Below, in pieces: positions 38,146 to 47,691 of a stretch of 64,000 nucleotides of DNA (its first letter is position 1; every line of letters begins with the position of its first letter). Made by a program: the position numbers and the translations under genes. The stretch is from IMG/VR virus record IMGVR_UViG_3300030419_002557, positions 8,077 through 72,076 of that record; one strand, 5' to 3'. The notes beneath the pieces were generated by a model that did not search any database, was not told where the DNA came from, and saw only the letters and a list, made by a program, of their open reading frames with translations. The stretch is from a virus.

Positions 38146-38184
38146 GTGTATTCATTTGCAATACACTCAAGCCTTAGTTATCAT
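38146..38184 (+). promoter_or_regulatory. Rightward sigma70-like promoter with palindrome over the -35
   Basis: TTGCAA-N17-TATCAT; GTGTATT-N7-AATACAC; ATG 7 nt after -10. Confidence 0.6.
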
Positions 38185-38190
38185 ACACAC

Positions 38191-38625
38191 ATGAACTTGA
38201 TTCTCGCCTTTGCTGCTCTCGACGCCGGGTCCCCCCGGCAACGGGCCCGGTGCGCCAAGACTGGACGATTCGTCGCCTGGTCCAAGGCTGCCCCGCTCCG
38301 TCGTGCTGTGGCTGGTCAGGTCTTGTTCGTTCCCCAGTCCCCCGCTGAGGCCCCCCAGGTCCCTGCCCCTGTGGCAGTGATTGACGAGGCCCCGGTAGTG
38401 GGGGGGGATAGCCCAGTGGCTGCTGCTGCTGCTGCTGTAGTCGATGGTGCTCGTCACCTGGTGGCTGCTGCTGGTCGCTGGTTCAGCCGGGCTGCTCGGT
38501 TGGCTGGGGCTGCTGCCCTTGCCGCTACCCTGGCCGCAGGTGCTGGCTGCATCGATGCCACCCCGGTCCAAGGTAGGTCAACCCTGGTCGACGGTCCCCG
38601 ATCCGCGCATGGGGGTGCCCCATGA
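38191..38625 (+). CDS. Ala-rich hypothetical protein, probably leaderless
   Basis: 144 aa; ATG at predicted TSS; ARCAKTGRFV; late hydrophobic stretch ending AGAGC. Confidence 0.5.
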   Translation: MNLILAFAALDAGSPRQRARCAKTGRFVAWSKAAPLRRAVAGQVLFVPQSPAEAPQVPAPVAVIDEAPVVGGDSPVAAAAAAVVDGARHLVAAAGRWFSRAARLAGAAALAATLAAGAGCIDATPVQGRSTLVDGPRSAHGGAP

Positions 38626-38774
38626 CGTAGCAGCGGCGATCCCCTTGACTCGCACGGCCCCACCCGCATCGGTGGCGGGGTGCCGACCTCTGATCCCCGG
38701 GGGTGGGGGGGGGAGGCCCAACAATCGTCGCGGTGAAGCCCGAGGGAGGGGGGGGATAACCCATATAGGGTTAA

Positions 38775-39647
38775 TTATGAGCGTTTACGCATAGCGTTCA
38801 TCAGTTCGAGCCACTCAGGCATCTTCACAAGCTTTAGGCCACCATCGAGGATTGGAAGAGGCTCTGGAGAGTAGTGAGCGTGCGTAATCGTCGAAATCCA
38901 GGCCAAAGAGCCATTGTTGTTGCGTTTAGGCCGCTGTAGGCGTCTTCTAAGCGAGAAGTTCAATGGACCCCAAGCAGGACAGTTGGTGTGCCATGGATGA
39001 GCCATTCTGCCGACTGTTCCACCGTGTTTTACCAGCCAATCGCGACCAATAGTGTTGCGTATACTGTCTCTGCTCACACACCAGGCTCCTGTGTGCGATT
39101 TGTTGGACTTATCCATAAGGTTATCCATACCTCTCCAATACCTACAAGTAGAGCAGTTTTTGCCCTGTACACGGTTGGCTTCGCGAGGATCTAAGGGGTC
39201 ATTTGGCGATATTTGCCACCAAACCACACCAATAGAGCGCCAACGGCACTTTTTCGCCTGTCTTGGACGCAAACCAGCAGCCCAGCGACGAACGTCATAA
39301 GCACGCTCTAAGGCTCCGTTTTGAGCCATTACACGCACCAAAGGGCCAACAATCTTCTCCACATAGCGCTCTTTGGACAGCGTCATGGGTGGTGCAGCGA
39401 TGATTCTGCGTGCGTTGACGACCTCATGGACTTCAAGGCCAAACTGGCGAGCAAGCTTGGCGTCAGGCCACATGCCAAGCAAGGCTATGAAGTCTTTGGT
39501 GCCTGCTTTGGCCTCAAGCTCGTCCAAGAATGAGTGGATGACATCGTGATGGTCAGCGCAGACCCAATCAACGTAAGGTCTGTCGTGACGAGTCCGATTG
39601 TTAGCGAACTCTTTTGCCCACTTACGAACCTTCAGGCGCTTCTTCAT
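38775..39647 (-). CDS. Hypothetical protein with Cys-rich C-terminal region
   Basis: 290 aa; LLGMWPDAKLARQFG HTH-like; CSTCRYW...WC...CPAW. Confidence 0.6.
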   Translation of the reverse strand: MKKRLKVRKWAKEFANNRTRHDRPYVDWVCADHHDVIHSFLDELEAKAGTKDFIALLGMWPDAKLARQFGLEVHEVVNARRIIAAPPMTLSKERYVEKIVGPLVRVMAQNGALERAYDVRRWAAGLRPRQAKKCRWRSIGVVWWQISPNDPLDPREANRVQGKNCSTCRYWRGMDNLMDKSNKSHTGAWCVSRDSIRNTIGRDWLVKHGGTVGRMAHPWHTNCPAWGPLNFSLRRRLQRPKRNNNGSLAWISTITHAHYSPEPLPILDGGLKLVKMPEWLELMNAMRKRS

Positions 39648-39810
39648 CGAAGACCTGCTTGACCCTAACCTCGACGATGACTCGACTTACTTCAGGGTGA
39701 TCAATCAAAACGAGAGAGTCTCGAAGCCTTGTGACCACTTCATCAGTGATGTCACTCATCTTGTTGACTGTCTTCATTGCTGAGCGAGTAACAGAAGGCA
39801 TTATGCCCAA
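39622..39810 (-). CDS. Hypothetical protein
   Basis: 62 aa, overlaps both neighbours. Confidence 0.45.
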   Translation of the reverse strand: MGIMPSVTRSAMKTVNKMSDITDEVVTRLRDSLVLIDHPEVSRVIVEVRVKQVFDEEAPEGS

Positions 39811-40031
39811 ATCCCTTCTTCTGGCACAATGACATCAAGCCAAGCCATCGTAGCGCCAACCAGGCGTAGTTCGAGGCTTACTTGAAGAGCATCGAGAGCT
39901 TCATCGACGCTGTTTCCTTCAGCCACGACCTCATCATCCTCAATGAGCGCAAAGGTTCCGTCTTCTCGTTCTTGGAGAAAGAAACCCTCTGCAAGGTGAA
40001 CAGTGTTTATGTCTTCCTGTAGTGAGTTCAT
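39801..40031 (-). CDS. Hypothetical protein (HicB-like VAEGNSVDEAL motif)
   Basis: GGAGG RBS before MNSLQ. Confidence 0.5.
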   Translation of the reverse strand: MNSLQEDINTVHLAEGFFLQEREDGTFALIEDDEVVAEGNSVDEALDALQVSLELRLVGATMAWLDVIVPEEGIWA

Positions 40032-40084
40032 TTCTTTCCTCCCTTCTTCTTGCCTTTGCATTTGTAAACCGGCATGTTCTCTCC

Positions 40085-40351
40085 TTATGATTCTCCGTTC
40101 TCACCAGTCCAGATGACCTGTTTGTCTTCATCGAGACCCAAGTCATCCATGTAGAATGGATCAAATTTGCTGGTCGTATCGGTGACATCGTAGACGACAT
40201 CATCGAGTACGCTTGCTGGATTGTGTTGAAGCTCTTCAATCACAGTAGCGAAGGCGTCTTCGACATCATGAGACTCGACAGCGAGCCTGATGGTGAATGT
40301 GAATAGCTTGGGTGTTTTTTCGCGCATTGTCTTGGTAGAAGGATAACGCAT
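40085..40351 (-). CDS. Hypothetical acidic protein
   Basis: 88 aa in operon. Confidence 0.5.
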   Translation of the reverse strand: MRYPSTKTMREKTPKLFTFTIRLAVESHDVEDAFATVIEELQHNPASVLDDVVYDVTDTTSKFDPFYMDDLGLDEDKQVIWTGENGES

Positions 40352-40534
40352 TTAGTCACCCTTCTTTGCACCAAACAACGATGGAGTTGCATCAAAGTCT
40401 TCTTTGAGCTTCCAGTGTTTGGGAGCATTGTGAAAGGCACAAACGGCTTTCCATTCTCCTTGTCGATTGACAACGACATCAGAGAGCCGCTTGCAGCCTT
40501 CTATTTCACATTCGCCTGGCTTGTCATCAGCCAT
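40352..40534 (-). CDS. Small Cys/His zinc-binding protein
   Basis: CEIEGC...VCAFH, coupled to methyltransferase. Confidence 0.5.
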   Translation of the reverse strand: MADDKPGECEIEGCKRLSDVVVNRQGEWKAVCAFHNAPKHWKLKEDFDATPSLFGAKKGD

Positions 40535-41174
40535 CGTACTGATCGAAATGCCACGAGAAAAACTTCTTACTGTTTTTCCCATCACCTTGTCTGAAGACCA
40601 AGATTGCCGAACCCTTCGGTGCGCTTGATGCTTTCGAGCCATCTTCACGCAAGAACGGGACACGGCCTTTCATCAGACGAATCTGGTCAGCTTGCCAAGC
40701 CCAGTTGTGCCACCAAATGGTATCGGTGCAAGCCATGACGAGCATGACAACCGTTTTCCCTTTGAGTGACTCTTCCCAACCTTTCCTGACCCAATCACCA
40801 ACGCTTCGACCGTAAGGAGGATTGACGAAGATGCTTTGACCTTCCCAGTCTTCTAGAGCGAGAGCATCGGTACGAGAACCATCTTCATGGTCAGGACCGT
40901 AATAGCTGTCGAGAAGAGCAGTATGTTTTAGGGCAGCAGCATCGAGTTCGAATCCAAACTCACGGTTGAGTCGATCAAACAGAGGCTTTGGCGTTCGCCA
41001 AGTGTCATTCTCTGATGAGTGGATTGCTTTCCAAGCTGGAGACTTCTCCGCTTTCTTTGGAGCGGCTTTAGCCTTTGGCTTAGCAGGAGCCTTTGCTTTG
41101 GCCTTTGCGGGTGCTTTGGCTTTGGCTTTTGGCTTAGCGGCTGGTTTCTTGGCTGGTTTCTTAGCAGTTGGCAT
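40527..41174 (-). CDS. Phage DNA N6-adenine methyltransferase (phage Dam family) with histone-H1-like N-terminal tail
   Basis: WRTP, FELDAAA, FVNPPYG, TDTIWW, GRVPF; N-terminal KKPAKKPAAKPKAKAK. Confidence 0.9.
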   Translation of the reverse strand: MPTAKKPAKKPAAKPKAKAKAPAKAKAKAPAKPKAKAAPKKAEKSPAWKAIHSSENDTWRTPKPLFDRLNREFGFELDAAALKHTALLDSYYGPDHEDGSRTDALALEDWEGQSIFVNPPYGRSVGDWVRKGWEESLKGKTVVMLVMACTDTIWWHNWAWQADQIRLMKGRVPFLREDGSKASSAPKGSAILVFRQGDGKNSKKFFSWHFDQYDG

Positions 41175-41183
41175 CGTATCTCC

Positions 41184-41600
41184 TTAGAACGGAACTTCTT
41201 CGTCCCAATCGTCATCTACATTAACAGATTCGGGTGTATACGAAGCTTGTGGCTTCTTGTAGGAGTTGCCTTGAGAATCGCCTTGCTTGGTGTTTTTAGC
41301 CAAGAACTGTACTGTAAACGCGACAATCATAGTGTTTGAGCGTTCCTGACCGTTCTTGTCAGTGTACTTTTGGGTCTCGATACGCCCTTCAACGAAGACC
41401 GTTTGCCCTTTAGTGCAGTATTTGGCGAGAGCTTCGCCGGTTTTACCGAAAGCAGTGCAGCGATGCCACTCTGTTTTCTTTTCCCCACGCGAAACAGACG
41501 TGGTTGCTACGGAAAAGCGACAGTAAGACGTACCGCTTTTGCCAGTTTGAAGTTCGGGATCGGCACCGAGGTTGCCGAGAAGAAATGCTTTGTTTACCAT
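41184..41600 (-). CDS. ssb: Single-stranded DNA-binding protein
   Basis: NKAFLLGNLGADPE, TEWH, KGQTVFVEGRI, acidic DEEVPF tail. Confidence 0.96.
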   Translation of the reverse strand: MVNKAFLLGNLGADPELQTGKSGTSYCRFSVATTSVSRGEKKTEWHRCTAFGKTGEALAKYCTKGQTVFVEGRIETQKYTDKNGQERSNTMIVAFTVQFLAKNTKQGDSQGNSYKKPQASYTPESVNVDDDWDEEVPF

Positions 41601-41655
41601 TTTGGTTTACCTCCACCGAAAAGCTATCACATGGTGCAAAGTATGCACCCAGCCC

Positions 41656-41671
41656 GTGACAAATCGTGACA
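41656..41671 (+). promoter_or_regulatory. GTGACA-N4-GTGACA direct repeat in ssb/terminase divergent gap
   Basis: GTGACAaatcGTGACA, same 10-bp spacing as early-region sites. Confidence 0.55.
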
Positions 41672-41690
41672 TTTCCGGTAGTTTGGAGAC

Positions 41691-42245
41691 ATGGAAGATG
41701 TAAAAGAGAAGCCTTTGGTTTTCGATGGCGAGCCGATGTCTGCATTGTTGAACGGACAGCTTGTGAAATCGGAGCCGAACGAGGTCATTAAGCGAGAGGC
41801 TGAGGAACTTGTAGGATTCACGCCTACAGAACGCATGGAAGTGATGCAAGCTATTGCTATTACATGTGAAGAACAGGGCCTTGGTTACTTGAGAGACTGG
41901 ATAAAGTCGGCCCGGAGTCATGATTTCTTCCGAAAAGAGGCCTTTTCCATGAAGGAATGGAACGAATGGGTTGAAATTAAGGGGTTTAACGGGTGGTTTT
42001 ACGGTGGATTTCCGCTTCCCAGAACGATGTCGAAAGAGGATATTGAGGGCTTAGATGCGCTATTTTGGGACCAAATGCGTACAATGATGCGTGATGGGGA
42101 CACGAAGGTGATGGATTTGTACGCGAAGATCACGGGTAAGACCGACCGAGCGCCGGAAGAAGCGGAGACCAACACCGAGATTGTTGAGTGGCTGCAAGTG
42201 AATGCTGGTTCGGTGGGTTGGAAGTCTGTTCGGAAGTTGAAATGA
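41691..42245 (+). CDS. Putative terminase small subunit
   Basis: Helical 184 aa protein coupled (ATGA) to terL; positional call. Confidence 0.45.
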   Translation: MEDVKEKPLVFDGEPMSALLNGQLVKSEPNEVIKREAEELVGFTPTERMEVMQAIAITCEEQGLGYLRDWIKSARSHDFFRKEAFSMKEWNEWVEIKGFNGWFYGGFPLPRTMSKEDIEGLDALFWDQMRTMMRDGDTKVMDLYAKITGKTDRAPEEAETNTEIVEWLQVNAGSVGWKSVRKLK

Positions 42246-43783
42246 AAGGCGTATCCACCGCGATGGTGAATCGCTTGATGGAGTTGGGCAACGACCCTGT
42301 CGAGTTTATCAGTCGACTGAAGATTATCGACAACAAGGGAATGGAGCGTTTCTTCAACGAGCCGTTCTTAGAGCAGCAGATTGCGTTGTCTGACTTCATG
42401 GCTGGTCATCAGACGATTGTTCACTGCAAGCCACGTCAGATTGGTGACACGACAGTGGGTTGTGCTTGGAACTTTACCTATGGGTATTGGTCAGCCGACC
42501 CTGTACGAACATTGATTGTAGCGAACGACCACGATGCGACCGATTCGATTTTCCGAAGGCTGAAGTATTTCCACGACAGTCTTCCGAGTGTGATGAAGAG
42601 ACCGATGGCGAGGTCGAACCGAAAGGAGATGGAGTTCTCCGACACGGGTGTGATGTTCCGATGCCTGACTGCTGGTGGTCGAGGGCACGGTCGTTCATTT
42701 ACCTTTCAGCGGCTGCACGCAGACGAGGTAGCCTTCTGGCCGAACGCCGACGACGTGTGGGCCTCAGTGACCTCTACGCTCCATGACGGGCCACACAAAA
42801 GTATTTTTGTCACGTCTACACCAAACGGACCCGGTAATCTATTTCACAGGAAGGTACTCGATGCACAGAATGATCCAAATGCTTGCTTTCGGTTCTTTCG
42901 TTGGGCTGATCATCATGCGTACAGCCTTGAGCCGCCAAAAGACTGGGAGCCCACACAAGAAGAGTGGGACCTCAAAGAGTTGCACGACCTTAGTATTAAC
43001 CAACTCTACTGGCGTAATCAGAAGATCAGTGGCGCGGACGGTATTGGTGCGGACAGGTTTCGGAAGGAGTACCCCCTTACCGTTGAAGAGGGGTTCATGG
43101 AGGTCAGCGGTTCGTGGTTTAACGTCGCGTACCTGAACGAAGTCATTTGCACCTTACGTCCACCGGACCTTTCTAAGGAACTTCGGATACATAAACAGCC
43201 CCAAACAGGAGTTGCATACGCGATTGGAGCCGACCCGAGTTGGGGAACAGGTAACGATTACGCTGTTGCACAGGTTTTGAGTGAGGATGGAGAGCTTGTA
43301 GCGACGTTTACAACGAACAAAAGAACGCCAGAAGACTTCGCAATGCGAGTTGGAGAGCTTTCTTACTACTACAACAAGGCCAGGGTGCTGTGTGAATACA
43401 ACACAGGTGGTGGTGGACCCGTTGTAATCCAGAAGATTCGAGAGATGGGCGTGCCATTGTGGTTCGATCCACAGACCGGGGACCACTTTAAGATGACTGG
43501 AGGGCGATCCTCAGTGGGTAAGAAGACCCAAGTTTATAGTCATTTAAGGTATTTAGTCGATGGTGACGGCCTGACCCTGACAGATTTGCCGACCGTTCAG
43601 CAGTTAATGCACATCCGAGAAGAAGACGGAAAGATTGAAGGTCGAGACGGATACCATGACGACTTGGCAGATGCGCTGGCGCTCGCAGCTTGGAATGCGA
43701 AGAATCTTCCGCGCCCCGTAAGCTTAGGAGCCTTTCCCTTTAAACGCAGGAGAAAAGCACTGCCTCATCCGTTCGGAGTGTGA
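42242..43783 (+). CDS. terL: Terminase large subunit
   Basis: CKPRQIGDTT, LHADEVAFW, STPNG, IGADPSWG..DY, CEYN, HDDLADALALA. Confidence 0.93.
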   Translation: MKGVSTAMVNRLMELGNDPVEFISRLKIIDNKGMERFFNEPFLEQQIALSDFMAGHQTIVHCKPRQIGDTTVGCAWNFTYGYWSADPVRTLIVANDHDATDSIFRRLKYFHDSLPSVMKRPMARSNRKEMEFSDTGVMFRCLTAGGRGHGRSFTFQRLHADEVAFWPNADDVWASVTSTLHDGPHKSIFVTSTPNGPGNLFHRKVLDAQNDPNACFRFFRWADHHAYSLEPPKDWEPTQEEWDLKELHDLSINQLYWRNQKISGADGIGADRFRKEYPLTVEEGFMEVSGSWFNVAYLNEVICTLRPPDLSKELRIHKQPQTGVAYAIGADPSWGTGNDYAVAQVLSEDGELVATFTTNKRTPEDFAMRVGELSYYYNKARVLCEYNTGGGGPVVIQKIREMGVPLWFDPQTGDHFKMTGGRSSVGKKTQVYSHLRYLVDGDGLTLTDLPTVQQLMHIREEDGKIEGRDGYHDDLADALALAAWNAKNLPRPVSLGAFPFKRRRKALPHPFGV

Positions 43784-43809
43784 TAGCTTCTCTTACATAG
43801 GAGTTTCAA

Positions 43810-44508
43810 ATGCCCAACAAACCGAAAACACCTCGCCCTAGTTTTGCCGTTCCTCTTGATCCTGCCGCAGAAGCTGCCGCAGAAGCCGCGCAGAGTCTGC
43901 GTTTTAATCCTGTCCCAGAATCGAGGCGACAGGATCAACGGAACCAAGAGCGGATGGATAGGGCCCGCCGCAGTGGTGAACAGGCGAGTGCTGGCTTAGC
44001 CGTAGCGCCGGTTGGTGGTGCAGGCCTCAGCCGTTCTCACCGTGCTGAACGGGAAATGTCTAACTTGGAAATGCTCGGAAGGGCCCGCCAAAACGAAAGG
44101 GGCCGCCTCAGCCGTTCTCACCGTGCTGAACGGGAACAGGGCCTACCTCAAACTGCGGCTGAAATAGAGGAGTACAACCGTCAGGTTCGCATATGGAACC
44201 AACAAAACCCAAACTCAAAATACAAGAAGCAAGAACTGTTCGTTCGCACCGCCAGTGATCTAAGTCACTTACCGCCTCTCACGCGGGAAGCTGCCGGGGA
44301 AATGGAGGCTGAAAGAGCGGCTGAAATTGAGAGGTTGCGGAATGCTATTGAAATTGGGAAACAAGGATTGCAGAGGAATCCCAACAATGCCGAACTCCTC
44401 CGAAGAGTAAAAGAAGGCGAGATGCGGCTTCAAGAACTGCAAAGCCAGGGCATGAATCAGACGCTTCAGGAAGCTATGCCCGTTAATCCAGGCCAAACTA
44501 TTCGATAA
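43810..44508 (+). CDS. Hypothetical R/Q/E-rich protein with internal duplication
   Basis: AGGAG RBS; LSRSHRAERE twice (32-bp exact repeat at 44024 and 44105). Confidence 0.6.
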   Translation: MPNKPKTPRPSFAVPLDPAAEAAAEAAQSLRFNPVPESRRQDQRNQERMDRARRSGEQASAGLAVAPVGGAGLSRSHRAEREMSNLEMLGRARQNERGRLSRSHRAEREQGLPQTAAEIEEYNRQVRIWNQQNPNSKYKKQELFVRTASDLSHLPPLTREAAGEMEAERAAEIERLRNAIEIGKQGLQRNPNNAELLRRVKEGEMRLQELQSQGMNQTLQEAMPVNPGQTIR

Positions 44509-44528
44509 CCTTCTGAGGAACAGAGACC

Positions 44529-46634
44529 ATGCCATTAACCAGCGGCCAAGACCTCTTAACGCAACGTGTACTGAACCTTTTTCGCTTGCATGACGAGCAG
44601 GCCGCTGAAGTTCGAAGAATAAAGCAAGAGATTGCGGAGGGTGGCCCGAATTGGCTTTGGGAAAGTCTTGAGGACGCAGAGGGTGCGCTTCGTGAGATCG
44701 AAACAGAGTTTAGCGGGGCAAAACGTCTTCTTGAGGAGCGCCGAAATCGCACCTGGAGCGCTCTTGAAGAGAGGTATGCGTCTGCTGTTGCGGAGCCATA
44801 CATTGAAGGAGAAGTGTTTGAAAGTGAGATGGACTGGCAATCCAAAGAAGCTGGGGTCAGGCGAGGGGAGGCGGCTGCTGAAGGTAGAGCCGCAAGGTCT
44901 GGTCGACAGAGCTTAGACGATCTCCTTCAAAGCGAGGGTATTCCAAGAGAGGGCTTCTTAGACTTCATGGAAATTCCAGAGAATCGTCGCTCTGGAAAAT
45001 CAATCCCACAGTTAATCGAGGATTACAAAATTGCAGGCGAGCTTCCTGGGTCCGCTGGTATGCCTGCCAGTCGTCCCACGGCGCGTATGCCTGTTGAAGG
45101 ATTGTCTTCCGACCCAGGCTTGCAGTCGGGAACATACATCGATGAGTTCGGTGAAACTGTTCGACGACCCACGTCCTCGATTGTTTCTCCAACCTCAGAT
45201 CAAAAGGCGTTCAGTGCCTTAGATCCAGAAGGTGGACTTAACGTCTTCACCCCGACTGACGTTGAGGCAGAGTGGACAGGTAGTCCCCAAATGCTTGCTG
45301 ACGAAATACTTGATGACGAAGATGTTCTCGCGCGAGCAATCGCACCGAAAAAAGATTTGCTAGAGGGTGCAACACTTGGAATGGACCCAGAAACTGGGGA
45401 TTTCCGTCCTATTACACCTTCAGGTGAGCGCCAGATGATTGTTGGCGGCAGCAATATCCCAGAGCGCCAGATGGTTGTGCCAGGCGGCAATGTACCAGAG
45501 AGTTATTGGATTGAAAGCGCCGCAGACGCACTGAATCTTGAACCTGGGCAAGTTCGACAGGACATCAGGTCTCAGGCAGACTTTTACAAAGGGCTTCTCA
45601 GGGAGAACAAAACACCAGCAATCGCTTTTGATGACCCCATTATGAGAGCAGCATACGAGATTGCGGAAGCAGAAGTTGCTGCTGAACGAAGGACTGCCTC
45701 CCCCCGACCGGGGCGCAGCGCACGAGGCGCTGCAAGTGTCCCTGCTGACTCTGAGTTCGCTCGTATTAATAGGCCCTTTTTGGATGCTGCAAGGACTTCC
45801 GGTGGCAGAGCCGCAGCAGAAGCTGAAGCTAGGCGTCTTTTGGATTTGTTGAAAGACCCAAACATCGAGGCAAGAATTGGCCCAGAGGGATTCAGTCAGC
45901 TTAAGACTAAGGCATCGGGGCTTAGTGCAGCCCTTGATGCGGTGGGCAGCGCAGCGCTTGCAGCCGAGCTTGGGTATTTCGTTGTCCAAGAAGGAGATAT
46001 TGGTCGCGGCGTGATGGCCCAGGGGGCCGCAAGCATCGAAGGGACGGGCGCACTATTACAGCTTCCTCAACAAGCCATGGAGCAAATCCCTGGCTACGGA
46101 GAAGTCGGTGTCCATCCTGGCGCTGAGGGTCTCGCTTGGGCGGGCCGAAAAATCAGTAGACTCGCGGAACCGTACCGTCGAATGAAAGACCGCGAGGCCT
46201 ATTGGGCTTTTGAAGAACGCAATGTTCCTGAAAGGATGCGAATGAATCCTGCCCTTACTGAAGCTGAAGCGAAAACTTTAGTTAGAAACGAGTGGAACAC
46301 CCTTCAAGCCGCCCCTCCTGGGGGCTACCCACAGCAAATCCTAACGGGAACCCAGCAGCGAGCCTTGTTGGACGCAGGCTATGACCCTCTCACTCGGACT
46401 TGGGGAAATGTTCCCACGCCCAACTGGTTTGGTTTGTCAGCAAATGAGCCGGTTAGTCAGCGAGAGGCCGAGAAGCAGCGCTACATGAACTGGCTTGTCG
46501 ACCAGGGATACATGAAGTGGGGAACTGGTAAGTATGAAGGCGCACTTTTGCAGGACACGAGGGCCCGAGAAGAAGGCAGCTACCCCACCATGAGTGACTG
46601 GGAAACAGAACAATCCTTAGCAGGTGGAATGTAA
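44529..46634 (+). CDS. Large hypothetical protein, possibly internal virion
   Basis: 701 aa between terL and portal. Confidence 0.6.
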   Translation: MPLTSGQDLLTQRVLNLFRLHDEQAAEVRRIKQEIAEGGPNWLWESLEDAEGALREIETEFSGAKRLLEERRNRTWSALEERYASAVAEPYIEGEVFESEMDWQSKEAGVRRGEAAAEGRAARSGRQSLDDLLQSEGIPREGFLDFMEIPENRRSGKSIPQLIEDYKIAGELPGSAGMPASRPTARMPVEGLSSDPGLQSGTYIDEFGETVRRPTSSIVSPTSDQKAFSALDPEGGLNVFTPTDVEAEWTGSPQMLADEILDDEDVLARAIAPKKDLLEGATLGMDPETGDFRPITPSGERQMIVGGSNIPERQMVVPGGNVPESYWIESAADALNLEPGQVRQDIRSQADFYKGLLRENKTPAIAFDDPIMRAAYEIAEAEVAAERRTASPRPGRSARGAASVPADSEFARINRPFLDAARTSGGRAAAEAEARRLLDLLKDPNIEARIGPEGFSQLKTKASGLSAALDAVGSAALAAELGYFVVQEGDIGRGVMAQGAASIEGTGALLQLPQQAMEQIPGYGEVGVHPGAEGLAWAGRKISRLAEPYRRMKDREAYWAFEERNVPERMRMNPALTEAEAKTLVRNEWNTLQAAPPGGYPQQILTGTQQRALLDAGYDPLTRTWGNVPTPNWFGLSANEPVSQREAEKQRYMNWLVDQGYMKWGTGKYEGALLQDTRAREEGSYPTMSDWETEQSLAGGM

Positions 46635-47293
46635 TGGCTGGCTACGATCCACTAACAGGAAATGCACGATGGCCCCTCCCAGGCGAGAGCCTGATGGAGC
46701 GTCCTTCAGAGGCGAGCCCCGCTAAGCCGAAGGCTCCTAAACGCACAGAAGACTGGGGTCTTTTCCACCAGTTTGATGAAGAAGAAAGAGATGACCTTCT
46801 TCGACGGATTGGTCAATCTTGGTTGGGTCCTGAAGAAGAAGCGAGCGCGACAGGAGAGGCTCCTTTTGATTTTGACCAAACGAACGAATACACTCGCCGC
46901 ATAATGGAGTTGATTGGTAGCTCGCAGAGCGCCGCAAGAAGAGGCGCAGGAGCCCCTGTCGACCCCTCTGAAGCACATGGTGGCTCTCCGCCGCGAGGGA
47001 TTGATCATCTTATGAATGAGATCGACAACGCCGCAGATCAACACGACTGGCCTGAAGAAGAAAAAGAGAACGCACGAAAAGCCATTGAAGCCTTCATGGA
47101 CGACGATGAAGACCTTTATTACGAGGACCTCGCCCTGGCGTGGACTGGTGATTTACCGGGCGGTCATGGAATAGCGTATAAAACCAACGCATCTGGCGAG
47201 TTCGAAAACGATGAGGTTGCCGTTTACTACCCAGAAACAGGGCAAACCGAATACTTCACCAGTTCCGAATGGGCTGACATGATTAGGGGATAA
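46634..47293 (+). CDS. Acidic hypothetical protein
   Basis: 219 aa, TAATG coupling. Confidence 0.6.
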   Translation: MAGYDPLTGNARWPLPGESLMERPSEASPAKPKAPKRTEDWGLFHQFDEEERDDLLRRIGQSWLGPEEEASATGEAPFDFDQTNEYTRRIMELIGSSQSAARRGAGAPVDPSEAHGGSPPRGIDHLMNEIDNAADQHDWPEEEKENARKAIEAFMDDDEDLYYEDLALAWTGDLPGGHGIAYKTNASGEFENDEVAVYYPETGQTEYFTSSEWADMIRG

Positions 47294-47691
47294 TGATGGC
47301 TGAAGATAAGTTTCATGACGCAATGCTAAAGCGTGGTTCAGTTATGAACCGTTTGAAAGATGGTGATTCTTATGCAGAGGCCCCGGACAAACCCGAGCAG
47401 AGTCTGGAGCAACACGCCAAAAAGGCAAACGAGAGTTTTCCAGCCTTCAACAAACAGTACGTTGCAGACCAGAAAGAAAAAATGAGGGTGCTGAAGGCCT
47501 CCGTGACACAGGTCCTTGTAGGGAGCGGTCTGGATGAATTACAATCCAACACTGTAATGGAGGATGTAATGACTAATTATCCAGAACTAGCTCCTCGCAT
47601 TATGGAGGGTTTGGTAAGCGGTGATTTGCGTTATGTCTCAAAAGATGACTATGAGGCAATCAAAGATCGTTTTCCTTTATTGAAAACGTAA
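47293..47691 (+). CDS. Hypothetical protein
   Basis: 132 aa, coupled. Confidence 0.6.
   Translation: MMAEDKFHDAMLKRGSVMNRLKDGDSYAEAPDKPEQSLEQHAKKANESFPAFNKQYVADQKEKMRVLKASVTQVLVGSGLDELQSNTVMEDVMTNYPELAPRIMEGLVSGDLRYVSKDDYEAIKDRFPLLKT

Noticed and set aside
39109-39129. Tandem TTATCCATA near-DnaA boxes
   Set aside because: One mismatch each and explained by codons for MDNLMDK within a CDS
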